Source: Sphaeroforma arctica JP610 (lineage: Eukaryota). Taken from it: a DNA stretch of 52,076 bases. The stretch spans positions 1 to 52,076 of the forward strand of contig NW_014040404.1 of NCBI RefSeq assembly GCF_001186125.1. The letters are read 5' to 3'. Shown one piece after another: positions 25,718 to 40,500 of the stretch; the stretch's first letter is position 1, and each line of letters starts with the position of its first letter. The notes under the pieces were generated by a model. That model saw only the letters and a program-made list of their open reading frames with translations, was not told where the DNA came from and ran no database searches. Both the position numbers and the translations under genes were made by a program.

Positions 25718-27342
25718 TTACGCACTACTCTTCTTCTTCTTAGATGACTTAGACGCACTCGGAGGGGTCGCCTTTCTTTTCCCCGCAGCAGGCGCAGGGC
25801 TTGGCGTAGGTGCCTTCTTAGTAGTCGGTGTCTTCTTAGCCGCTTGTGCAGGTGCTTTTTGTGTGGTGGGTGTGCTTGTATTTGACTTCGCGGTTTTGCC
25901 CGAGCTTTTCTTTGTGCTATTGGGGGTGGGTGCTGACTCGGCTTTAGGGGTCTTTTCCGGGGCCTTTTCTGATGTTTGCTCTGTGACGGTGGCTTCAGGC
26001 TTAGTTGCGGCCTCAGCGGTCTGTTATGTAGGGTTCGTAAATGATGGGAATTAGTTAAGTGATGGCAATGAGCGAGCAGTGCTCCGAGCCCCAGAAACCA
26101 GACCCGAGAAATAAACTCTATATGCAGAGATAGACGTTCCTGGCCTAAGGACACTCTTTAAGTATAATGTATAATCCATACAACGACTACGGAAGCAACA
26201 AGCTCAATCAGAACACTATTCCGAAACGTCGACTCTGTGAAACAAACTTACATATCCTGGGTACTCGTAGTCAATGCCCAGTGCAACAAGTTTGGCTCTG
26301 TGTTTGCGTTCCTTCTTGAGTAAGTTGGCGGTGATGGCCTGCACCCGTTCCGCAGTCTTAGGCTTTCTCGAGGCGAAACGTTCACGTGCAAGCCAGTCTA
26401 CCTTCTTGAACTTCTTGTCATGCCCTTTGAACATGACGGGCGTAACCTCGCCTTCGGGCACTCGTTTACCTGGAGATGTGTACACAGAGCGCGGTGAGTA
26501 TAAATTCTGAGGTATATGATGATGCCAGTTTATTGAGACACATGTGTTCACACGCCTGGACTAGAGCAACACATTCTTGACGATAGTGACTATCGAGTTA
26601 AAATTTGCTCCGATAAGCGTTAAATACTTTTTCAGGTTAGACTACATACACATATTTATATACGTCAGTGCGTGCAGTGGCACTAACAACATCAACATCA
26701 ATGGATTATAACCAGATACATACATTGTAATACTCGCTCGAATAGAAGGTAGTTGTTCATAGCCGATGCGACAATGTCGGCGACTTCCTCGTGTTCAAAC
26801 TCGATGTAACCATATCCTTTGCTATTGGCGGTCTGTATGCCCGAGAGAACGAGAGAACAATAGTTAGAGATGCAGTGAGCGTAGTACACAGCACAACCGT
26901 TGCAAAATGCACAGCACAAGATTGTGGGTCGTACGCCACACAAATGTCCTTAAGTGATCCAGTTGTGCATCTACGACTAAAAAACAAACAACATCTCGTA
27001 CACTCACCTTTCTACTACGCATCAGCTTGACCTTGGTAACACTTCCGAACTGGCCGAAGAAAGCCTTCATCTCCTCCTCATAGAAACCAGAAGGAATGTG
27101 CCCTAGGTACACCACACCTCGCTTGCCGGTTAGGTTCTCTCCTTTGACCTGTGAACCAATACAGTGAAACATTGTATGATGAATACTAGTTTTCGATTAA
27201 TCAATGCAGACTATGCTGCTCAAGCGAGGTCTTCGCGTATCTTCTGAACCAAATTTTCACTTATTTGTTGCATACTATACACTACACACGAAGACATATA
27301 GATGTATATACATATACATATATACATAAATACGCACGTACA

Positions 27343-27378
<36 letters not shown>

Positions 27379-27406
27379 TATGTGTGTGTGTGCTATACAT
27401 GTATAA

Positions 27407-27441
<35 letters not shown>

Positions 27442-27766
27442 TGATCCTGTCCACTATACACGACTTCCATACCTTCTTGACCTTCTTGCGCTTGCCCCCG
27501 GCCGTCGTCTCAGCCACCACTTCTGAGCCTAGAGTTTCTTCAATCTGTGCCCGTATCTTAGACGTCTCCGCATTGTCCATGTGGTCCGCAATGTTAGCTA
27601 CAGCACCCTCAGAAGCCACCTCCTCGGTCTTGTCGTCGTCATTGTCAGACACTTCACTTTCGCACTCACTCTCGCTGTCGGCGGGCAAGATTATGAAATC
27701 CTCTGCGGGATCTTCGCATGAAGCGGGTGGCAAGGTTTGCGAGGTTTTTAGTAAAAGTGCAGTCAT
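25718..27766 (-). CDS. NIFK: NIFK/Nop15 (MKI67IP) nucleolar RRM protein, 60S biogenesis
   Basis: Exons 27766-27473, 27148-27008, 26832-26724, 26469-26252, 26020-25718 join in phase: [74 protein letters not shown]...[10 protein letters not shown], then a K/T/P-rich tail. Confidence 0.95.
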
Positions 27767-29254
27767 ATCAAGTTGTTTGCCGCATAAAGTTTCGAGTTTG
27801 GTGTGCGTTCGTATGTATTGTGTAGATAGTCAGTACAACTGGTGGGGAGGGCAATAATTGCAGATCAGAAAGTATTCAACAATTGCCCTTGATCTTTTCA
27901 TTCCGAGAAGATAAGCAAATATTGTGGGACACAAAAATCTGCCACGTTGGATCATCAAGGAATAATAATGATACCAGTCTGTACTTCAGGGCAAGATTCA
28001 ACTACATAGAGGTTATGATGATACCAATGATAACACTGTGCACTTGTAGCAAAGGTTTAGAAACATAGTCCATGGTGAAGAGTAGACGTGATATCGTGCG
28101 CGTGTACATGCTTGACATTTGCTAACTCTCTCCAACTTATTAGGACTGTGACAATTCCAAACATCATCCTCACAAACAGCTGGCATTCACAAGTACTAAA
28201 CTATGTAGTGGCGTTCTGCATTTGATGTGCAATGAACATACTTGTACAGAAATATATGCACATATATATACATGCATCTGATAAAAACATATAAGTTATA
28301 CCTGATGTATTTTAAGCAGATATATACAGAAACGGAAATATCGATAATAGAAGATCGCCATACATTACCTAAAGAATTGGCATAAACTTTCACCCACGAA
28401 AGATTAGCAACTTGCATACATGTATATGACTTGTGACGAACGATCGGCGTCTGTCCAACACATTTCTATACAATCTCAATATATATATAGATACATATAC
28501 CTCTAAATGTGTGGACGTATATGTCTAAATACATATGCGTGTATTTGCATATGGCGATGTACATATACGTATATTCATATGCATACATGAATTGAATGTA
28601 TATGTGAATAAACTCATACACACTTACACATATATACATAGCCACACGCACATGTGTACATAGGAATATACGTTTACGTTTACGTCTACGTTATATATAT
28701 ATATAAATATATACTGTGCGTGTGTCTGAGCATACAGATATATATTCATACATACTATCGTACGTTATAATACTCTAACAGTACGATAACATACAACCGT
28801 GATTTAAATTATCTGGTTTGCATGTGACTAGTCAATATAGTGTTGAATGTTTGTAGTGCAATGCAGTTCATCACGAATTCGCTAGCCGATCAACAAGTAT
28901 TGCAGTCTTCTTTTCTGTTGATCAGATCTCAATCACATCTTAGTAGGAGTCGATACATGTCAAGGGACAGTGAAAATGTTCGTTAACAAAACTATCGGCC
29001 AAGTACCATATGATCAGAGAACTGACATTTTACAAGAGATAAAAATTCGTGTGTGCCAAATAAAAGAAATTTGGCGCAACACTTTGAGTTCTTAATGACA
29101 TGTACCGCCAAGTAAACATATGTCAAAACTTTTGCATGTGAAACACTCTTAAAAAATGGATCTCAATACATCACTGCAAACACATACACTCGTGCCTGCA
29201 TGTCCTACATGCACATTTGAAGGTATATCCCAATATCCCGATATCCTAATAGCC

Positions 29255-29293
<39 letters not shown>

Positions 29294-30445
29294 NATATAT
29301 ATATACATATACATTTATGAGACTNCAGCACACAGGGAGTAGGNNNNNNNNNNNNNNNNNNNNNNNNNNNNNNNNNNNNNNNNNNNNNAATCATACACAT
29401 ACACATACATATGTATACGATAGGCACAATACTATCCAGAGCAGATAATTCCAGCTCCATAATGTTGATGGTGCAGTTTTACTTCGATCGCTTGAAAGTG
29501 TGTACATGTAAAATCCATTTCACCCAATATTATATATTCATAGAGTAATACTTGGTGTTTTTTTCTTCGATTTATGCACTTTTAGACAATTATGTACATA
29601 CCAGTTGCAGCCCTCTTGTCAGGCACACTTTTTTTAACGGCAGGCATCCTGTTGATTTATATATATATTTAAGTATTATAGAAGCTTATATGTTGTGTAT
29701 AAATGCCGATCCAGAAGCAATACCCTTTAGTATTATTCTGATTCTGGTAGTAGATGGTAGAAACGGACTTGTGCGTATATACAGTCGATAGATAAAGTGA
29801 TATGTAAGCTAATATAACAAGTGTGTATGCACGTGTAGGATTCTAAAGGCACCGCATATTTTGACTCTCGATTATTACAAAAATTGGAACTGCCGAAATC
29901 TCTAAATCAGGGCACGTGTACTTCTTTCAGAAATATATACCACGGTCCACGGAGAATAGTATTTTTTTTATAAAACACACACCTTATATAAAAATCAGAA
30001 ACTAATGACTCATGAAGGAATAAGCTTCGTTGTTTTGGCACGTGTGATACATAGCAGAATATTGCCCTTCGTTAGAAAGTACCGAACATTTTACCTCCAA
30101 AATCGGAGGCGAGAAGAATCATCAAACATATTTATCTGTTACCAAGGAGCAGTCGCAGTCCCTGCAATCGTTGTCATCTGAAAATATTTGCACACAAAAG
30201 TGCGCTCACATAGTGACAGGCTACGACCTCGCGGCTCATAGCAGTCCCACTGTCCCAGCCTTCCCAGAGTCCCAGACCCAATATACTTTATATAAATAAG
30301 TATTGTGTGTATAAGTTGACATATATGTAGTAAACACGCACATCAAAATATACAATATAGGTACCCTGTGCATCCTACAATAGTATTGGAGAGAGTTGTT
30401 GCTCAGCCGTACTACACCACAGCCACAGTACATACGCGTACACCA

Positions 30446-30721
30446 ATGAGTTCACTCAAAGCACATAACGACATGTTAGGCAACCTAAGGGGAGTGTTCC
30501 CTGACAATGCAAGCTTTGTGATATGTCTCGCATACATGGGGACGTTCGTTATGCAAGGATTGCTAACCACTGCATCTCAGTCGGTTGGTGGAGGCTACTC
30601 CTACAATACCACCACGGCTGTTATGACGGCCGAATGCATTAAACTCGCCACGGCGTTCGGACTCTATGTGCAAGAGTAAGTATTAATCGTTCGAATATGT
30701 ATATATATATATGTGTGTGGG

Positions 30722-30807
<86 letters not shown>

Positions 30808-30878
30808 AAAAGCATGTATATAAATATATATGCGTGTGTGTATACGTATATGTATATGTATATGTACTATATATAAAC

Positions 30879-30934
<56 letters not shown>

Positions 30935-31468
30935 CATACATATATATGTGTGTCTGTGTCTGTGTCTGTGTGTATGTGTCTGTGCGTATATATGTATATG
31001 AATATATATATATATATATACTTCTATATATATGTGTGTGTATGCGTATGCGTGTGCGTATACGTTATTTATTTGTAAATCATTTCGATATCCATATTTA
31101 TATAGAAAGGTAATGTATTCATAAATTATATATGTGTGTGTGTGTGTATATATTTATTTATATATATTTATATATATATATATATATATAGTATGTGTGT
31201 GTATGTGTGTGTGTGTGCTTGAGCTTGTTTATTAGGCCTAGATTTAACCATGTAGACGAGATTTCTGCAATAATCAGTTTGTGTGCTCGATATTTGCCTT
31301 GTTCTTGAAGTCCTTGAATCGCAGCGTTACTTTGGAGTGCCTTCTAGGACAAACATTTACCCGACTTCGCGGCTATATTTCACTTCGGTCTGCCAAAATG
31401 ATTAAAAACTCACCATCTCTTCTCGTGGGAGACATAGATTGTGTGTTTACTTTGTATGCTCAAGACCA

Positions 31469-31512
<44 letters not shown>

Positions 31513-33639
31513 ATATATATATATATATAGAGTACACCTGAGCTTGTGGTGTTTCCCTGTACATATGGAAATATACATACCGCTTCACAGGTGGGTGGGT
31601 GAAATAGATGTCTGTCTCATAAAATGTCTCGTGAAGTGGTGTCGCTTTTTGAACTGGCAGATGAGTGTGAGTATTTACATGTAGACGGGATACCCTTCAG
31701 ACGTTTCTGACATCCCGGGTTATTCGTTCTGCGTGGCATTGTCTGTTTCTATCTGTCAGAATGGCGAGACACCTCTCATAGGGCTTGTCTGAGGTTGATA
31801 GGTTACACAAGCACTTTAAGAGAACAAAAGTAAGGCCAATGTAAATGCCTAGCTTTGCCTTTGATGTCCATTAATTCAGTGTGTATTGTATCAATCTAGT
31901 TTATATGTATCCATATTTATAATTGGGTGAACCTTTGTCCACATACTCTTGTATATGAATTTGGGAGTGAATTTAAAACGTTTGCATTGACAGTTCAGAT
32001 GTTCCTTCTGTAACAAGTTTTTATTAGCCAACATATGTACATGTGGTTAAGGTTTTGTTTAAGTTGTAAATAAACATCCGACATGCGGTGGTTCTCTTGA
32101 TACATACTGAATGTATGGTTGAGCCCTGGGTTGTGCTGTGGTTATCCTTTGCTGATATTCGGATTCTTTAAATTTTGCACTGCTATACTTCTCGAAAAAT
32201 CAGCTGCGAATTGCAGTACAGGTACCAGCGTGATTTTCCTAGACGCACTTGTATATATATGTATATTTATATATATATATATATATATTCTTAAAATTCT
32301 TATACCTATATTGTATTTATAGTTATGTTTGTACATGTACTTAAACTTATATACTTAGTACCATGCAAATACTGTCTCAATCTGTATGTGTATACACTCA
32401 TATACATGCACGCATGTGAGTCAGCATGTTTCTCAATCGCCGAAAATAACCTATACGCCGCACAATCGGTACAGGCATGGTCTCACCAAGTTCCAGCGCG
32501 AGTTTCAGGCGCATCAGAACCTTTTGAGGCTGTACTTCGTCCCGGCTGGGCTGTATTGTCTGTACAACAACCTCGCATTCATCAACCTAGCAAACTACGA
32601 CCCCACGTCATACTATCTGCTACTACAATTCCGTGTGGTGGTAACTGGAGTGGTGTTCCAAGTGTTGTTTAAGCAGAGACTGTCGCAAAAACAGTGGGCG
32701 TCTCTGGTTATCCTGACGTGCGGTTGCTTTATGAAAGAGTATGGGTCTGGCTCGCATAAGGAAGCATCAGTGGGCATCGAGGTATTTATGTTTGTGGGTT
32801 CTGTGTATCCTATCGAGGTGTAAGGAGATCTATGTGTTTACTGGATATCGTTGTACCAGCTTATGTTAGTGCGGATTGTATATATAAATGATACAACACG
32901 CACTTCGCCTGTGTAAGCTACTTTCAAATATACTTTCTTAGCTGTGAGATATTTTACAGCTCGCCGTGTAGATGACTTGGGATAGCCAAACAAGACTATA
33001 CCCTATATCTATCGAGTAGCTGAATAGCCTACTGCGATCCCTATAGGTTGAAGAAATGCATGTCATAGACTGTGCCTCTATGCGAATGTGAAGCATCGCA
33101 CAGCCCCGTCACTGAACTCAAAGGTATACGCCGTTAGAGCAGCATGCTTACACCCAAGTGGGCTTCTGAATATAATAGGGAAAGTACTGTCGCCCGAGGA
33201 TAGACACATCTGATCATTTAGCAAACTATATTCATCCACACCCTTCACGTTACCAAAGGTTTGTTGCTTCGGTTGTCATATCACTGACCCGTCTCCTTGT
33301 CGCACTCCAGGCACAACGTCAAGCGGACTTCTACTTCCACACGGGGTTGATTATGGTGCAGGTGTTCTGCTCGTGCTTTGCTGGTGTATACAATGAGAAG
33401 CTGCTCAAAGGCGACAATGGCGAAGCGCCTGTCATGCTGCAGAATTGCTACATGTACTTGGATTCCATTGTGTGCAATATCCTCTTCATCATGGTCCGAG
33501 GGGAGCTGGGCTCGGTAAGTGCATGGGTGTGTACATTGAATGCAAGCAAAAGTACAATACGTATACATACACGATTATTGGTAATCTATGTATTGTATGT
33601 ATATACATATGAATATGTATATGTATGTATATATATATT

Positions 33640-33674
<35 letters not shown>

Positions 33675-34666
33675 ATGTATATATGTATATGTAGTGCTAG
33701 AAGAAACCCTCGTTTGGGTTCATTTGAATTTGGGATGCGCATGCGAATAAAGTCATTTGTACCCTAACACGCAACCCCTCATCCACCTTGTCTTTTCCGG
33801 TTGTCGTTTCTCCCGTCTTATCTGGCTTCTATGACTCATAGATCACTCATACCTACACATGCTTATGCGTCCATCCCCAGGCATTCTCGGCCCAAGGTCT
33901 GTCCAGCATGTTGCAACCAGTAGTTGTGCTCGTGTGCTGTAACAACGCAATGATTGGTATCATCACGTCACTGTTCCTGAAGAAACTCAATTCCGTTGTC
34001 AAGGTATGTACACCTACACTTCTTGTTTACATGCTGAAATGCACGCGATAACTTGAACTTGGCGGATTACCTCGACCTTTGGCTCGGCGTTCATGCAATT
34101 ATTGGTATATATTTGTATAGAATGTATATATCTCTGTATGCTGTATGTATGCTTGTATGAACGTATGTACGTATATATGTATGTATGTGCAAGTATATGT
34201 GCACCGTACATATATGAGTAGGTATACGAGGTAGTGTAATAATGTTGATTGATGACTATTTTTCTTCACACCTCGTGATATTGTTGTGCTCTACGTCCGT
34301 TATTTGTAGCTGGGATAATATTGTAGATGTCTTCGGCAAGTACACAGTGCGTTTCTTTCGCTCACACAGGCACGTACTCCTCTCGATACATACTGATACT
34401 TTCACACACGAGACAATACGTCACATAGCTCCATATGCAGCTCTTTGTGATACTTCTGACACGTTTGCCTTATTACTGGCAATAGGTGTATGCATCGGCG
34501 ATTGAATTGATTGCCACAGCCATCTTGTCGTGGATGCTGTTTGGTTATCCCATTGACGGGCCTACGTTTATTGCTCTGATATTGATTGTGGGCGCATCAG
34601 CTATCTATAGCATGAATCCCATTATGAAGAACGACGTATGTAATCATATATATATATAGATATATA

Positions 34667-34697
<31 letters not shown>

Positions 34698-35099
34698 ATG
34701 TATATATATATATATATATATGTAAGTATGTATGTGTAATGTGTAAATATGTATGTATGTATGTATGTATGTATTTATATATATATATATATGTATATGT
34801 GTATATATATATGTGGGTGTGTGCGTGTGTGTGTGTATGTACATTGTATATTGTATGTGGCACAATTTGTATATATACGCCTCGAATGATTGGCCGCTTT
34901 TGTGTATATGCAGACTAGTGTGTATATAGAGACATCAGTACATACAGGGGAAAGTATATCAATTTATTCGTATGTGTAGATAACTGTTCGTTTTATTCTT
35001 TTCACAGTCCAGCAATCCCAATTTTTATATCTAAATTTGCTTCTCTCGTTTGGTATGCAGTTTTTGCCTGTCAAATCTACGGACACCGACGGTAAATGA
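30446..35099 (+). CDS. senju: SLC35A-family Golgi nucleotide-sugar transporter, senju (UDP-galactose transporter)-like
   Basis: Exons 30446-30675, 32475-32781, 33311-33514, 33881-34003, 34486-34635, 35061-35099 join in phase. Motifs QGLLTTASQ..YSYNTTTAVMTAECIKL, YFVPAGLYCLYNNLAF, CSCFAGVYNEKLLK, LQNCYMYLDS, GIITSLFLKKLNSVVK. Confidence 0.92.
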
Positions 35100-36649
35100 G
35101 TACACCCCGTGTCAAACAAAGTCACCCCACACAAGCCGACGGTAGTTCGGCACTATCAGGCACAGCCTAAAGATAAGCACACTTGCAGCCATCAATCAAG
35201 GGAGACAAATCAGACAACCAAACGAGACACTTCAGCCAAACTTTAAATCCACCTTGAATGGAGGTAGATGTTTTGTAGCTTAGTCCGGCGCCGGACTATC
35301 CTGCAGTAGAGCGTGTGCGTGAGAGAGGACGAGTGTTGGGCTGAGCCCTTTCCGGGTTGACTGAATTTCCCCTACCCTGCTGATTGGTCTAAGCAATTGT
35401 GTGATGGTGTGAACAAGTGCATAGACACCAAACTAAGAGGGAAATAGATGAGAGAGGGGGGGGGGTATATGGGCCTACACTGGGTGTCTGGCGGGCGTGC
35501 GTATCTGTGACTGGCACAGGTCAGCTGTCGTATATATAAGGATGGGCATATGCTGAACACATGTTCGTTCTCCGTGATATGGCGTCCATGCACCTGGATC
35601 CCAAACAAACATCCAAACTTCTCAGTGGGCTCCAATATCAACGTCATATCAATAGGGTTCAAAATAGGGGGAGGGGGGGTTAATAGCATATATTTAAGCA
35701 AGCCTTTTTAATTGCTGTGTTGTGTACAGTGAGATTGTTTGCGCAGATGTGGGTATCTGTACCAGCCTGTTAAACTTGTAGACTCGCCAACACATTTATA
35801 ACCACACTGGCAGCTACAGGGTAACATGCAACCTGAGCACATGCACATGGCTCTGTGTAGGTGCCGTGCTGTCTGGATGGAAGCCTAAGTGACGGTCACC
35901 AAACGCCACTCGACAGCCCAGCAAAGCATGTCGAGAAGATTTTAACAGTATGCCACAGACAATGGATGCAAATATTGTGGTATTCTTCGAATTCACTCCT
36001 TAAGTTTAATATACAAATTCTAGGCCAGAAAAACAGTTGTGCATGTATACCGATATTTAGGATTTTACACATCAAATTTGTTCGCTTCTTGGTCAGGTCA
36101 TGAGGATCGTCTTAAGTGTTATTCGAACTACGTATAGTGCACATGCCTGTTTGTACACAGATTTATCGACTTGCCTATATAATTGTATACGTCATTGATA
36201 ATTGGGGTTGGTTCGGCGATATTTATTAACCATCAATTCAAGCTGTTATAGATCATGAGTGGGAAGTAGACAGTGGACAGTTGTTCTCGTTGGCACCTAA
36301 TACATTTATTGCTCGGAAACACGGTTCGAATCATATGGTAAGATGTTAATATCTAAGGTATGGGACGCCCTGGGCGCCCGTAGCGTATACACTAACCTGA
36401 TTCAGTACTAATACATGGATCTCAATTAAAAGAGAGATAGGAATATGCCTGTGCCAAGGCATTGGCATAGAAAGTATGTGAAGGATAGTCCGCGCACGAA
36501 CACCACACCCAAACACCCAAATGCTATCCACGCCCAGTCACGTGCGCACTTGACGTCTAGCCGTACATAGACACACTTAGTCTTATCCCGTACATAACTG
36601 CTCGTGTGCCGTATACACACCAATGAAGGACAGCCGAATCCGTTCAGAC

Positions 36650-37200
36650 CGACGCCAATGGATTTGTATGTACTGGTACTGATCGCTCCACCCAGGCCTG
36701 CGATGGGTGTGAGCTACCCAGGCCTGCGATGGGTGTGAGCTACCCATGCCAGCGACAGGCGGAACACGACTACTCTTCTAATTAGACAAGCAGGGGTATG
36801 ACTACTTTGTTTGGTAGATATTGAGAGAGCAATCGACAAATGCAAATGGTCAACAGCGGTGTCTCAGTTCGCACCCTAGCAGAAGCTTTCTAAATTGATG
36901 GATTTAGAAGAGAATTGCAACTTCGAATGGAGTGTAGCCATGCCCCGCATGCAGTCCTTTTTCAAGAACCAGCTGAGTGCTATATAGAACTCGCACGGTC
37001 CTATATTGATGCAAATAGGGCCCAGAGCCCTTAAAAAAATGGCCAGCCCATGTAGTCATAGTAAAGTGGCGCCACTTCGTGCCGGTCCGAAAGTGGAGAG
37101 GATGTGCACCACTGCTCTTTGCCACAGAAGATGTACCACACCCACACGCAGATGATAGTTGTCTCGATACATTTCCCCGAAAACGAGCTCATACTGTGAG
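36650..37200 (+). mobile_element. Decayed LTR-retrotransposon gag-like fragment
   Basis: The broken + strand translation ...RTLAEAF*IDGFRRELQLRM...ECYIELARSYID resembles a Ty3/gypsy capsid C-terminal domain. It is followed by a frameshifted Cys/His remnant (CTTALC...H..ADDSC...FP), with a PTPMDL motif upstream. Several stops; no LTR seen. Confidence 0.4.
36691..36746. repeat. Perfect 26-bp tandem duplication
   Basis: cccaggcctgcgatgggtgtgagcta x2. Confidence 0.95.
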
Positions 37201-37334
37201 ATAGTGTAAGGTATAGGAAAGTTGAGGTTGGATAAGTAAGGCAAGGTTGTGTATAATGGATTGTCGTAGAAATTGGTTTCAACACGTATACAACCCAGAA
37301 CACGAACACGCTCTGCCCACTTTTTATGTATAAA

Positions 37335-37570
37335 TCTAACTATAGTATCTATCATAGTATGTGTCTGATTATCACATCGATCATAGTATACACATGATTA
37401 TACATCTGCCTATAGTATTCAACTAATATACATCTGCTTATAGTAACTATCATAGTATATATCTGTTGATAGTATCTGTCATCGTATACATCTGCCTATA
37501 GTATCTATCACAGTATATATCTGCCTATAGTATCGATCATACTATATATCTGACTATCGTATGTATCATA
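37335..37570. repeat. Degenerate minisatellite
   Basis: Repeated tatagtatctatcatagtata(t/c)atctg(c/a)c-like units. Confidence 0.8.
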
Positions 37571-37577
37571 TCCGTAC

Positions 37578-40500
37578 CTGCATCCTGGATGGTAATGTCA
37601 GTGACATGCACCAGTTGAGAAAGTGCCCATCGTCTGTGGGAGAGGGTTGTCTGCCGCCACCCGTCACCAACGCATTTAGCAGTGGGTGCCCCCACAGTGA
37701 CTGTACATTCGAGCGCATGTCTGCGAGGATGCGACTAGGAGCCGTTTGTAGAGACTGCTGGTTTTGCGCTGCGGTTTGGCCGGCGTTCGTCTCGGCCCCT
37801 GCCTCTGCCGTATAGGGAAGGGATAAGTTGTATGGGAAGAGGTTGGAGGGAGGTGATAGTCACAGCCAGCTAGGGAAGAAATAAGATAACCTCATCAGCG
37901 ATGCAGACCAAAATTTACGCATATCCGTGGTTGCAGTGGGTGCTAAGCATTTCGGTCTATCCGAAGTTTTGTACCAATGTGAGGGTGTGACAGGTAACGA
38001 GCACACCGTAAATACGTTTACAGACCTTCAAACCCATTGCCAATGATTTCAACTAGATTTCCAATATTCTTGTTGCCCCTGTTGTCCGAACATATCAAAA
38101 CAAGAAAAAGAACTACATACACAAACCTGTATACCATCGTACCTGTTCTCGATGCCAAATTACGCAGCGATGGTATCGAAGATATGTCCAGCATATCGGC
38201 TTCGTCCTCGTCACTGCCACTCTCCGCTACAACGGAGTCCACGTCAGCCGCTGTTTCGGCCCCACTCTGATGAATAAAAAGGTTTAATTTGAACGATCTC
38301 ATGAACAGACATCACGGATATGCAAAGAGCAGGCTCCTGTTCCAGTCACGCTCCCTGGTTAATTAAAGGTTTAAATCATATGCAACGAAAAAGTCCCTGT
38401 TCCAATGACACGATAAAGATACAATCAAACGATCTTACGAACAGATATCACGGATATACCACGAGAAGGCTCCTGTTATAATCAATAGAAACTAAACGTT
38501 CGCATAACCAGACATCAGGGATATATAACGAGAAGGTTTCTGTTTCAGTCACACTCCCTGGTTAGTAAAAGGTATAAATCATATGCAACGAGAAAGTCTC
38601 TGTTAGAACGACACCCACTAAGTATAAAGACATAATCAACTGATCTAATGAACAGATACCCCAGTCACACAACGTAAAGGCCTCTGTTTCCACCGAACCC
38701 TATTAAGATGGCACAACGCAAATGCTCGTATAGATATATACCCCGAGTATGCACGAAGAAGGCGATAAGTGGCAAGCACGACCATAAGCATAAGATCACA
38801 CTGCTGATGAAAACAAATGCTCGCGTACAAGCACACAACAACTCCGAGAAGCCTGCCATATCAATAACAACACACTTCTAATAGATCCGAATCATTCATG
38901 TAACAATATCCATAACCTCACATAACTACATCTACAACAACACTGAAAGACCCTTATTGTTCACATAACAATATCAATAGGCACTCATAACTACATTAAT
39001 AACAAAACTAATAGAACCGAATTATTCATGTAACACCAATAACGACACTGTAATGGAACCAAATTACTCACATAACAATATCAATAACAACACTAACACA
39101 ACCGAATAGAACATAATACGCATATAACAAAGATACCTCGTTGTCCGTCTCCTGAGGCCAAGTGCCATCCTCAGACGGCCATAGAACGTTTGCGATGGTA
39201 TAGCCATCCCGTGAACCAAAACTTAGGACTTTGAAAGTTTTGGTACCGGTGACCTCGATGATTGAGGTCCCATCAGGCCGCTGTTTGTAACTGTCACAAG
39301 GAAATAAGGTACACAACGCGTTGTAGTTATATATCTGCGGGGTATGACCTTTGATTGAAAACCGAATGTGAATGTGCTGTATGTATCCTTTATATACGTC
39401 GCTAAGGCACCTTATTGTACATTTGTTTGTGAGCGATGATGCTTGCATTGTATATATCCAGTGCGGCACAGATGTTACAGATATTGACCATACCATAGAG
39501 ATGAAATATTTTTCTCGAAGGAGTGCTATATAGTCCAAAGCTTATGATACACGCATGGTTGTTTTATGCCGTGGACCATTAAACCCGGTACCAGAAATGA
39601 CCTTTATCACACACACACTACAGACGTAATCATACACACTATCGACATGTCTGTGTACTAAAAATGGTGTCACCGGTACCCAGAAAACTGATGACGAGAC
39701 CTTAAAACATACTCTTAATCGGAACTGATTAAAAACTGATACCATTGACCATACTAGCACCGATCGAAAGGATGGCATGTCGCATAGTATAGAATATTTG
39801 ATCCGATTAACATCACATAGTATGCAAATATATCATTATTCAAGTATTACGGTATCCATAGCAACATACCTCGTCATGGAGACCAATCCGCCGTACTTGT
39901 CATCCATCGAATTCATTGTGCCAAAGGCTCTGTTGCCACTGCCAATGCACCGGCGGATCATAAGACGATATCGAGGCTCAAAGACCTCCATTGTGGCGGA
40001 GGTGCCAGGCTGAAAGCATTGATTAAGGCAGAAAACGTGGAGAAATTAGTCCTCTCGACAGTCGCCCATAAATGGCCCTTCCGTTGTCGCCCAATTGCCC
40101 TGAGTGAGTTGCAATTCCAATAGTCCCGTCAGCTAGGTGTACGTTCATTAGAATCGCAACTCACTCAGGACAATTGAGTGACGCCGGAAGGGTCCTTTAT
40201 GGGCCAACACTAAGGACAAACCTGGTCAGCGTCCCGCAATTAACCAAGGCGGGCTATAAATTCTATATGGATGACAAGGTCTGCCTTCAACTATTCACTT
40301 CAAACTTAAAACACTTTAAGCTACTCTAATATCTAAGAACAAGAGCTCTGATGAGGGTTCTAGAGCAATTTATCACGTTCTTGTGATGTATACGATTGAT
40401 GGCAACTCCGTGCCCAATACACAGCCACAACCATCAAACTACAGACTCACGTACGTCCACGCTAAAAGACATACTCCCTTCCCCTTCCTTAAGTATTTGC

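Noticed and set aside
25693..26154. 153-aa basic ORF (RRHRLLRR...)
   Set aside because: It is an alternative frame of the NIFK last exon; the spliced frame is the K/T/P-rich one ending at 25718.
37805..37945. Apparent in-frame TGA in an extended LONRF exon
   Set aside because: A better acceptor with a pyrimidine tract at 37807-37805 leaves this stretch intronic.
39235..39690. Short inverted match between a LONRF exon (ggtaccggtgac) and the neighbouring intron (gtcaccggtacc)
   Set aside because: Only about 12 bp and partly self-palindromic, so compatible with chance.
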